From Eledone cirrhosa (taxonomy: Eukaryota), in contig OZ024753.1 of assembly GCA_964016885.1 (NCBI GenBank), forward strand, positions 21,018,001-21,082,000: 64,000 bases of DNA, in the 5' to 3' direction. The translations under genes and the position numbers were made by a program. The notes under the pieces were generated by a model that worked only from the letters and a program-made list of their open reading frames with translations, had not been told where the DNA came from and searched no databases. This document shows positions 12,780-23,546 of the stretch, in pieces (the stretch's first letter is position 1; each line of letters opens with the position of its first letter).

Positions 12780-14430
12780 TCACCAAGTCACAACCAGTGA
12801 CCTCAAGAGACAACAAGGTTTGCCATGTTCAAGAAAGAACACATACACACATTACATGTATCTTTAGGTGTTTAAACTTGTCATGTATTTATATTGAGAG
12901 AATCTTCCTTAGTATATGGGCAGTTTCCATTAGTACTATCTTTTGTATTTCTTCTATACGCGGGTTTCCTAGGATTTGGGATAAGTAATCATTAAACCCC
13001 TCAAGTATCATTCCTTGAGCACCTACAACCACTGGTATTATTTTAGGGCGGTGGATTGGCAGTATCGGTAGAGGGTCGGATGCCATGCTTTCCAGCATAG
13101 TTACGTCCTTTTACGATCTGAGTTCAAATCCCGCTGAGGTTGACTTTGCCTTTCATCCTTACAGGGTCGATAAAATAAAGTACCAGTAATGCACTGGGTA
13201 ATTGCTGGCCTTGTGCCTAAAGTAGAAACAATTATTTTAGTTCTCAACTTCCACATTTTTCCAATCTCTATCTCCAGGTCTTTATACTTGTTCAATTCTT
13301 CAAATGTTTTTATAGATACATTCTTGCTTATAGGAACGGACATGCATACCCTCTTTTTAAAGCCTTTCAGTATTATATCAAGTCTATTTTCATCTATTTT
13401 TTGGTCTGTTTTGATGCTAAAGTTCCACAAAATTGCAATGTGACCTTTATCAAGTACGCGAAGTGGTTGATGCTCCCACCAATTCTTTTGATAGTGCAAG
13501 TCAAAATGCTTACACATTACCCAATGTATGTATTGTGCAGCTCTGTCATGCCTGTTGGAGCTACAGGACTGCACATTGAAATTATATGATCAATGGTCTC
13601 TGGTTGTTTTTTACACACGCGGCATAATGGTTTGCATCCATTTTTTATGATGTTGGCAGACACTGATCTTGTGCTGATATAATCAGTCCTTCAGTCTCCA
13701 ATTTCAGTCCAGAGGATGCCAACCTCTGATGGGTTAAGGTTTTGTCAACATCAGAATTGTTAGCTCTTTCTGGGTATTTTCCATACAGAGGCTTTTCTTG
13801 CCATTTCTTAGCCAGTTTCTGTCGCAGTTACTTTTACTTGCTTTGCTTTTTCTGTGTTTTTCATTTCAGCAGTAAAGGGAACTTCTGAAATTTGTAGTTC
13901 ATTACTGTATCTTTGTGCATCTTTTGTAATGGAGTATGATCTTTAGTTTCTTTCATGTTTCAAAACAAGTTTGATCATCCAATCACATGCTTCCCTTAAA
14001 TATGTAGATAATCCAATTGTTGCAGTTTTCAAAGCAATATCTAACTGGATTAATCCACGTCCTCCTTCTTTCCTAGGGAGATATATTCTATCTGTATCTG
14101 CCTTAGGGTGATGCATTCTGTGCATGTTTAAGAATTTTCTACTTTTCGTATCGAGTTTACGAATCTCTGTACTTAACCAGTTGATAACATTGAAACTGTA
14201 ACTTATTACTGGTATGGCAAATGTGTTTATGGCATCGATCCTATTCCTTGCATTCAACTCCGTTCTTAAGATTGCTCTTTCTCTGTGGTAACATTCCTTC
14301 CTTATCCTTTCCCTCATTGTCGAGTGCTTGATTCCATCTCCTTCACAAACACCTAGATATTTTTCTTGATCAACTTCTCTCATCATATTCCCTTGATCAA
14401 GATTAATGTCTGAACTTCTCAGCCGCTTTC
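12780..14430 (-). pseudogene. Dong/R4-clade LINE 3' portion, interrupted by a SINE
   Basis: KYLGVCEGDGI..HHPKADTDRIYLPRKEGGRGL; RHDRAAQYIHW; KYKDLEIEIGKMW; IPVVVGA.G..QKIVLMETAHILRKIL. Confidence 0.9.
13047..13230 (+). mobile_element. Full-length tRNA-derived SINE with 10-bp TSD
   Basis: A box tggcagtatcggt, B box gagttcaaatccc, Nin/Deu-like core; flanking direct repeat attattttag at 13037-13046 and 13231-13240. Confidence 0.92.
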
Positions 14431-14450
14431 CTTATTATTATTATCATTAG

Positions 14451-14675
14451 AGTGGTGGATTGGCAGTATCAGTAGAGGGTCAGACGCTATGCTTCGCAGC
14501 ATAGAGTTACGGCCCTTTATGTCTGAGTTCAAATCTCGCCGAGGTTAACTTTGCCTTTGATCCTTATGGGGTCGATAAAATAAAGTACCAGTCTCACACT
14601 GGGGTCGATTTAATCGACTTCCCCCTCCCCCAAAATTGCTGGCCTTGTGCCTATATAAGAAACCATTATTATTAT
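14451..14675 (+). mobile_element. Full-length tRNA-derived SINE (same family, longer 3' variant)
   Basis: Colinear with the 13047 copy, with an extra ggggtcgatttaatcgac hairpin segment and an (ATT)n tail. Confidence 0.9.
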
Positions 14676-14971
14676 TTAAGTAAAGAAACGTTGGTGGATC
14701 ATTAAATCTACCAACTTTAGTTGTAAACAGGTGCAAAACACTCTATGACTTGTGTTCCTTAAAGTGTTATCAATAATATATCATATGGAGTGTCAATATT
14801 TTAAAGGAGAGAGAAGGTTTTATATCCTCTAAGACTGTCTCTTTGTTAGTGCAATGACGGAATGATGCTTGTACAACATTAAGATATATCTGTTCTCATT
14901 CATTTGTGGTGGTCAATTTTACTTTTTGATTAGTGGATTTGTGAGAAAAACATTGTGTGAGGATATATATA

Positions 14972-15076
14972 TACAGGGTGTTAAAAAAAAATGTATACAC
15001 ACTTCAACAGCATTCTAATAAATATTGCCTGTACAGGTAATCAAAATGTGTATCTATTTTGGGGAGACACATTGTA
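14972..15076. mobile_element. Small Tc1/mariner-type MITE remnant
   Basis: TA-cagggtgt..aaaatgtatacac and imperfect inverse gtgtatctatttt..acacattg-TA. Confidence 0.45.
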
Positions 15077-15574
15077 AATATACAATATAAGTATAATAAA
15101 CATATATTCAAGATGAAGAGATTCAGCTGTCTCATAAATTACAGTTTCAATTAGTGTGAAAGTAGATTATTCCTCAAACATGTGTACCCTTCCTTAACTT
15201 ATCAAATAGTGTCTGTCTGTGTGGCACAGTGTTTGACATGTTTAGACCCTTCAATTACTTGTACAATCATTTCAATAGACTTCTTTTTCAATCACACGGT
15301 TCAGTTAACATGAAGTTATAGTATCAGTACTTGCCTACAATGAGATTAAACCCAGAAACTTGTGATTCCAAGGCAAACTTTTCAAACATTCTGTCATGCT
15401 GTATCGATCTATCTATATATATAATTATGCACATACACATGCATGCACACACAGAAACACACGTGCACATGCATATATATAGATATGCATCACACATACA
15501 TAGCCGCATACAAACATATAGTTCACCTCACACCACACATACACATATACAGAGATACACATATGGTGGTTGTT

Positions 15575-16220
15575 CAAAACGTGAATGTCAAAGCATAAAC
15601 GAACTAAGAAAGAGACTAGGGATAAGAGGAATCGAATGCTGTGTGCAGGAGAGGAGATTACGTTGGTATGGACATGTGATGCGTATGAAGGATGACAGCT
15701 GCATAAAAAGGTGCAGAACATTCAAAGTCAATGAAAGCCTTGGAGTGGGGAGACCCAAGAAGACTTGGAATGAAGTGCTAAAAGTTGACCTTGCCCAATT
15801 GCACCTCTCAAAGGGGTTGACACAAGACCAAGATCTCTGGCGTTACACAGTAATACAGAAGACCCAACTTCCCACAGGCACAGGCCAAAGCTGAAGCACA
15901 TATATACGGTATGCCCTATCCCACCCAAACTTACCCTCCCATGTGTAGGTGTCGCAAGAAAACGTACCCAGCCACCACTGTAAAGTGATTGCGTCGGTAT
16001 CATGACAAAAAGCACACAGTCCACACTGTAAAGTGGTCGTGTAGGTGTCACAATAAAAAGCAGATTGGCATTAGGAAGGCCATCAGCTGTAGAAACCAAG
16101 CCAAAATCAGTTCTGTATGAGCAAAACATGGTCGCCTAACCTAGCCATTCCCACAACAGGACAACTCGTCTAATCCATATTAGTGTGGAAAATAGACGTA
16201 AATGGTGATAATGATGATCA
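15575..16220 (+). pseudogene. RTE LINE 3' fragment with UTR
   Basis: [40 protein letters not shown], followed by the RTE tail. Confidence 0.9.
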
Positions 16221-16499
16221 TCATCATACCATGCTCAGAGACTAGCCTTATTTTACAACTATTTCTACCCAGTACATGCTACAAAGGTGATTATTTTCAA
16301 CAAATGCCCTTAATGGACATTCAGTTGTAGCTTAGCTCTCTTTACAGTTTATGTTATTCTGCCAGAATATTCATGCCATTGTAAGATTAGATAGTATAAT
16401 GACACAAGGGGCCCATATATATTTACTCTCTCTCTCTCTTACACTCACACACACATGCTATATGTATGTATATATGTATGTGTGAATGTATGTATAATA

Positions 16500-16640
16500 T
16501 TATAATAATTGTTTCTATTTTAGGCACAAGGCCAGCAAATACCCAGTACATTACTGGTACTTTATTTTATTGACCCCGTAAGGATGAAAGGCAAAGTTAA
16601 CCTCGGCGGGATTTGAACTCTTTGCTTCAAAGCATGGTAT
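16500..16640 (-). mobile_element. tRNA-derived SINE (left arm of the large palindrome)
   Basis: Reverse complement of the SINE 3' half. Confidence 0.85.
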
Positions 16641-16674
16641 AATATTATAATAATATCATAATATTATTAATATT

Positions 16675-17148
16675 CAGTTTGTTTGCAAGCAAACAGTCTC
16701 ATAAACACCATGTGTGTTTCCTAGATGAACAAGTTCATCCTTTTGTTCAAGCAGTACCTGAAAGAAAACAATCAACAATTGTTTCTGAGTGTTTGCGCTT
16801 TGTCAAGATTGTGTATTCTCGTGTCTGGGACTCACTGGAACTGCTGATAGTATTGTTATTCACTCACAAATGCATTTAGATATTCACCATGTTAAGAGCA
16901 AAAACAAATATTTTTTTTTAATTTTCGGCAAAGCCAGCTATAAAATGACTCAGTATGCAAATGAGACTAATCAGCCAATGTATACGTTCGAGAATACTGT
17001 GTATTCTTACCATTTCCAGTCAGTAGCAGACACGAGAATACACAATCTTGATAAGGAGCAAACACTCCGAAACAATTGTCAATTATTTTCTCTCATCCAC
17101 CGCTGGATGAAGTTGTGTTTACGAGGCTGTTTGCTTTAAAGCAAACTG
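16675..17148. mobile_element. Foldback/MITE-like element with ~170 bp imperfect inverted arms
   Basis: cagtttg...acaattgtttctgagtgtttg...caagattgtgtattctcgtgtctg pairs with cagacacgagaatacacaatcttg...caaacactccgaaacaattgt...caaactg. Confidence 0.75.
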
Positions 17149-17189
17149 AATATTAATAATATCAATATATTATTATAATATAATTATAA

Positions 17190-17385
17190 GGGCGGTGAAT
17201 TGGCAGTATCGGTAGAGGGTCGGACAACATGCTGTCCAGCATAGTTACGTCCCTTTACGATCTGAGTTCAAATCCCCTCAAGGTTAACTTTGCCTTTCAT
17301 CCTTACGGGGCCGATAAAATAAAGTACCAGTAATGTACTGGGTAATTGCTGGCCTTGTGCCAAAAGTAGAAACAATTATTATAAT
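17190..17385 (+). mobile_element. Full-length tRNA-derived SINE
   Basis: Colinear with the 13047 copy. Confidence 0.92.
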
Positions 17386-18906
17386 ATAATTATTATTCAC
17401 TCATGAATACATATATCATCATCATCATCATCTTTGTTTAACGTCCACTTTCCACGCTAGCAAGGGTTAGACGGGATATATATATATATGCGATATGCCA
17501 CTAGTTCTTTGAGAAAACAACACCACACTTCGGAACTGGACATATCAACAAAATAACGGAGGTAAACTTTGTTTCACAATTATGTTTCCCTGTTTTTCTG
17601 TTCATGTTGTAGCTGCCTGATGAGGTCATAGCTGTTGAATAATGGTTGTCACTGAAATATATATTACAGTGAATATGAATAAACAAAGTTAATTTTAACC
17701 CGTTGACTTACATTTATTGTTTATATATATATTAATGAAACAGTTCTTGTCCTGTAGAAGTCATATATATATATAACAAAGAAGCTTATACCAATGTATT
17801 GAGTACCTTTTTTAACTGTGCTTACCCAACACAGGAATCTACATATATATATATGTGTGTGTGTGTTTGTTTGCATGTTTCTATGTGTATCTGTTTGCCT
17901 GTGTCCACCATATGTGTGTGTATATTTTTCTGTATGCATACACATTTATTTCAGAATCTGTGTATGTGTTCGTATAAGTGATTGTGTATTCAATTCAAAT
18001 CCATATTTATTTAATCACAAATGAATATAATCTGGTCAAACATAAAACATCAGTTTCTCGTTAATGATAATTACTAGCTCCAATTTAATAAACTTTGTGT
18101 TGTTGCTAACAAATCTTTCTTTTGTTTCTATCATTCAAAATTTAATTCAAACAATTCTTGTTGTATCAAGTTTTTGACACTTTATCGGAACTCCAGGCGT
18201 TTTCATTTATATTGATTAGATGGGTGGGTTTATGGGGGTGGAGGTAGATTTGGCAACAGATCAATCTCAACAAATATTTTAGCTTTGCTCAGCCTTAACA
18301 ATTCATCTTTATATCTTTCTGCTTTCATGTTTGTATGTTATCATCATAGTAAACATGTTAGTTAATTGATAAACATTATGATGATGAACAATAATTCACT
18401 GAAGAATTCTTTTATAAATAATGTTGCAGTAAACAATCTTAATAGATATATAAACAATAAACAATCTTTATATATATATCTATATAGATAGATAGAGAGA
18501 GAGAGAGATGTGTGTAAAATCCTGACTGTGGCACCAAGTGGTTTCAGCATATGTGTTTAGCAAGTCTCTTCAAAGGTGCAGACAAAACCCCTGAAAAGGC
18601 TTGCTGAAACCACTTGCTGCTGCAGCCGGGATTTTATATATCTGCATAACTATTCTACATTTCCCCATGTATTAAGTACTCCCATGATCAGCAGTCTCCT
18701 CAGTCTAAGCACCACAGACTCTTATTTAATGTGTTATTTTTAATCCTCTGAAGATGCAGATGTATATAATGTGTATGTCATTTTGTCTATAGATTTTGCT
18801 TATATGAATTACTCTTAATATTCTTCCACTAATTTGATATATAACTCTCTTGAAACGTGTAAGGAACTAAAAATGATTTAAAAACTAATTTTTCCATCTC
18901 TCTCTC

Positions 18907-19075
18907 TCTATATATATACTACTAAAACTATGTAATTGTGTCTTGTCTGTAATTTAATACAACTAACATGGCGCATAATGGGAAAATACTTTGAAAGGAA
19001 GTCGTCCCTGAAATAGGAATATAAATGGAATATAACAAGTTTCACGTAAATCGGAGCACGGGTTCCCGAGATATT
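18907..19075 (+). mobile_element. Helitron 5'-end fragment
   Basis: TCTATATATATACTACTAAAA..gcataatgggaaaatactttgaaagg..gcacgggttccc is homologous to the reverse complement of 3565-3729. Confidence 0.65.
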
Positions 19076-19280
19076 GTTAAGTGTATGTGACCCAACGGGT
19101 CATGGGTGGTCTAGTATATTATAATGATATGATGTATAAATGGAAGTTGTAGCCACAGTATGGCAGATACCAATATATATATATATATATATATGTAGGA
19201 GGTGAGTTTTATTGTAGTACAATAAAGCAATGCAGATATCGGATAAGAAGCACTCTACAGTTTGTAGGACTGGAGTATAC

Positions 19281-19606
19281 ATAATATATAAGAACAAAAG
19301 ATGGTTAAATGAGTTCCATGTATTTTATTATGCGCATTTCAAAAACAAATATCATCATGCAATAACATTTGTGTTTTCATCAGATAAAATAGGAGGACAT
19401 GATATGAAGGTTAAAAACACTTGTGGATAGTGCAGATATGTTGATTTAAAACTGCACTATACACAAGTGTTTTTAACCTTCATATCATGTCCTCCTATTT
19501 TATCTGATGAAAACACAAATGTTATTGCATGATGATATTTGTTTTTGAAATGCGCATAATAAAATACATGGAACTCATTTAACCATCTTTTGTTCTTATA
19601 TATTAT
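19281..19606. repeat. Near-perfect palindrome (155 bp arms, 16 nt loop)
   Basis: Arms 19281-19435 and 19452-19606 are reverse complements with one mismatch seen; mirror-image ORFs in the track confirm this. Confidence 0.97.
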
Positions 19607-19659
19607 ATATATATATATATCATCATCACCATCATCATCATACGTCCGCTTTTCCCTGC

Positions 19660-19772
<113 letters not shown>

Positions 19773-20076
19773 GGCACATGGCTTAGTGGTTAGAGCATTG
19801 ACCCTGCAATCGAAAGGTTGTGAGTTCAATTCTCAGACCGGGTGATGTGTTGTTTCCTTGAGCAAGACACTTTATTTCACATTGCTCCAGTTTACTCACC
19901 TGTAGAAATGAGATGATAGGGACTGTGGTCCCTATCATTCCATGGCAAAAACCACCCAGCACTCACTGTAAATGAGGTTGGTGTTAGGAAGGGCATCCAG
20001 CTGTAGAAATCAAGCCAGAATCAGTTCCCGTCCCACCCTTGCAAGCAGGGAAAAGTGGACATAAAATGATGATGAT
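19773..20076 (+). mobile_element. tRNA-head / CORE-like SINE with RTE-derived 3' tail
   Basis: A box tggcttagtggt, B box gagttcaattc, CORE-like tccttgagcaagacactt, then the RTE tail gttaggaagggcatccagctgtagaaa..cccttgcaagcagggaaaag..(atg)n. Confidence 0.85.
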
Positions 20077-20887
20077 CTAGGGCGGGTAAAATTCCCGAGA
20101 TCCATGGACGAGTTCTCTCCAGCAGTCTCTGTCCCTCATTATCGCTGTCATGTCCTGCATCTCCAACAGACCAGTGTCTGTCCTTGTAGTGTGCCCATGT
20201 AGGGGCTCCCACAGGAGCACTGAGTGCAATGTCAACTCTGGATGTCAGTGAGCATGTCCAGCTAACCTCAGTCTCCTCTGTGTCACTTTTGAGCTGAATT
20301 TTGAGAGGCTCCCATACAGCTGTGAGTTTTTCATCCTCAGTGTATACTGATTAATGTTCAGAGCCATCCTTAGCATTCTGGCTTTACTGTAGCACTGGCT
20401 CAGATTAGGAGAGTTAAGGCAAAAAAGGTATCAGATGCTGAATTTGCCTACGACATAGTTTTGGTGACAAATACAGTGAAGGAGGCAGAGGATATGATGC
20501 GGGAGGTTGAGACTGTGTCGATGAGTGTGGGGCTGAGAATGAATGAGACTAAAACAAAATATCTGGTAGAGAATGTTTAGAAGCCAGAGGGGATCACTAA
20601 TGTAGGCGGGAAGCCGCTGGAATTGGTTGAGGACCGCCTGTATTTGGGAGCAAAGATTGGGAATACAGAAGATGATGTGGTTGACAGGAAGAGCAAAGCC
20701 TGGACGGCGTGCCACAGCTTGAGATCGGTGTGGAAGTCGGACCTTCGTAAAGACCTGAAAATCCGCCTCTTCATTACTGTAGTGGAGTCTGTGCTGCTGT
20801 ACGGGTCTGAGAGTTGGACACTGACCAAGAAACTCACTCACATGGAAACTCACATGAGAATGCTGAAGATGGCTCTGAACATTAATC
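20077..20887. pseudogene. RTE LINE with 5' inversion (3' part minus 20077-20379; upstream part plus 20400-20887)
   Basis: Plus: FAYDIVL..GLRMNETKTK..ESVLLYGSESW..RMLKMALNIN. Minus: RMLRMALNIN..RRLRLAGH..LLWEP..MRDRDCWR. Confidence 0.85.
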
Positions 20888-21057
20888 TATATATATATAG
20901 AGAGAGAGAGAATTAGTATATCTACCAACATATGCGTACAGATGTACACTAATGCTAGCAAATACATAAGTTATGTCATAGTACCTAGGTGGTTCAATGC
21001 AGGAGGATGCAGAACAATTATATGAAAGACGTAAAATAAGAAAATTTTAAAAAATTT

Positions 21058-22530
21058 TAACTGCTACAAGGGTAAAGGAGATGCTCTAGATAAGGGAAAC
21101 CATAGAGGCATTAAGTTAGTTGACCAGGTCATGAAGGTCATGGAAAGAGTTATAGCGCAACTAATCAGAGAGCAAATTGATCTAGATGAAATGCAGTTTG
21201 GGTTTGTGTCAGGTAAAAGTATCACAGATGCTCTTTTCCATGTACAACAACTTCAGGAGAAGTACCTAGCTAAAAGTAAATCTCTTTACTTAGCTTTTGT
21301 TAACTTAGAGAAAGTTTTTGATAGAGTCCCCCGCTCCATTATCTGGTGGGCTCTTAGAAAACTAGGGGTAGATGAATGGCTTCTGAGAGCTATACAAGCC
21401 ATGTATAAAGATACAGTGAGCAAGGTTAGAATTAACAATGAATATAGTGAAGAATTTAGCGTAAAAGTATGTGTTCAATAAGGCTCTGTCCTTGTAGGTA
21501 GAAATTCCATTCTATGTCCCAAATGCAAACTATGGGTACATAAAAGATGTAGTGGGATCACAGGAAAGCTATCTAAGAACGTAGATTTTATATGTGGCCA
21601 ATGCTCAGGTGAAATAAGTAGCAAGTGCCCACAGGATACTAGCTCCTCCTACTGCCCAGATGGTTCCATAGAAATAATGAACACTTTGCGTTACCTGGGT
21701 GACAAAATCAGCAGTGGTGGATCATGCTCTGAAAGTACCGTAGCCAGAGTTAGAACGTGATGGAAAAAGTTCAGAGAGCTAATACTGCTGTTGACCACAA
21801 AAGGTTTCTCTCTGAAAATGAAAGGCAGATTGTATGATGCTTGTATACGAACAGCAATGTTACAGAGCAGTGAGACATGGGCATTGTGTGCAGAGGACCT
21901 GCGCAAACTGGAAAAGAATGAAGCATGCATGATCCGTTGGATGTGTAATAGTTATATACATGAATGGCAAAGCATAAATGAACTAAGTGAGAAATTAGGA
22001 ATAGAGGGATCAGATGCTGTTTACTTGAGAGAAGATTATGTTGGTAGGATCACGTGATGCACATGAAAGACGACAGCTGTATAAAAATGTGCAGAGTGAT
22101 CAAAACTGATGGAAGTAACAGCGACGACCTGATAAATTCCAACCTTGCACACTTGCACCTCTCTAAGGCAATGTCATTGGATCAAGATCTTTGGCGCCTC
22201 ACAGTAATACAGAAGACCTACCTTCCCTTCTTACAAAGTTAACCTACAGTCAGTAGGCCCCTCCAACCCACTACCCTACTCCATTCCTCCACTCCCACCA
22301 ACACCACCCTTTCTCTATAAATTTATGTTGGTACCACCACATCCAGTCCAAACTAATGAGGTTGTGAAGGTGTCACAACAAAAAAACACAGTCCATGCTG
22401 TAATGTGGCCTTGTAGGTAACACGGTAAAAAGCTCCCAGTCCACACTATAAATGTGATTGGTGTTAGGAAGGGCCACCAGCCGTAGAAAACCTGCCAGAT
22501 AGTCTTATACGAGCGAGACACGGTCACCCA
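21058..22530 (+). pseudogene. RTE LINE (PHD-like group), 5'-truncated, with an internal deletion removing YADD
   Basis: EMQFGFVSGKS..LEKVFDRVP..; jumps from GSVL to GRNSILC at about 21492; RTE tail to about 22530. Confidence 0.9.
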
Positions 22531-22569
22531 ACCTTCTAAGTTCTATTTCTCTTGCCTCTCTGATTGAGT

Positions 22570-23440
22570 TTCAGTGGGTTTTCTTAAAAGGGTACCCTTT
22601 TAAGAAAACCCACTGTACTAATAGGAAATGTATTATATGTAAAGTAAACCCCCGGATAAACTGTAAAACTAGAAACGTAGTCTATAGCATAAGGTGTACA
22701 GCGGGTACTTGCAGAAACATGACAACAACATACATAGGCGAGACAGCTTGTAGCATAGGTGAAAGGATAGATCAACACTGTGAGGAACTAAAAGGACGAA
22801 AAAATGGTTCAGTACTATACGAACATGCCAGACAACATGACGGTAACATAGACAACATAGAAATTAAAATAATATCTAAACATAAAAATGACCCAGCAGA
22901 TAGGCAAATCAGAGAGGCAAGTGAAATAGAACATAGAAGGCCAAAGTTAAACAGAAAAATGAATGGAATAACAACAACACTGACCTAAGAGAAATATAAA
23001 TAAATAAATAAATAAATAAATATATACACAAGCACAATAACAACAAACACATATAAACACACACTAGTAAACTAAGATAGAATACAATAACCAAAACACA
23101 GTCACCCAAACGCGAACACACGCAAACGCATACGCAGAGAAGAAGACAAATATAAATAAATAAAGAAACAGATAAAATAAAGATGGCGTAGACATACAAT
23201 ACAACAGGAGGAAACATAATAGCACCACTGATGATGTTGCAGATGTGCAAAGAAAGAACTTTGTTAGACTATATACGAGTATATGTGTTTGTGTCTATAT
23301 TATATCTGTATTTTTGACCGTTGGTCAGTCAATAGTGAACATTGAGGACCAAATAAATTAACTGATATAAAAGATACAGAAGCAAAAACAAACCAAACAG
23401 TGAGTGTGTTCTGTTATTAATTCTGGCAATATTATTACAA
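22570..23440 (+). pseudogene. Penelope-like element 3' fragment (GIY-YIG endonuclease plus pLTR/UTR), older copy
   Basis: KTRNVVYSIRC..TYIGETA.SIGERIDQH..IREA..PKLN; UTR colinear with 35130-35625. Confidence 0.9.
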
Positions 23441-23490
23441 CAATACCATCATCATTTTACATCCGCTTTTCCCTGCTTGCAAGGGTGTGA

Positions 23491-23545
<55 letters not shown>

Positions 23546-23546
<1 letters not shown>

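Noticed and set aside
17501-17686. Possible acceptor (tttcag) and short ORF on the minus strand
   Set aside because: No recognisable protein or donor site; cannot be supported.
19773-19845. tRNA-like sequence
   Set aside because: No acceptor-stem closure or T-run terminator; it continues into a SINE body.
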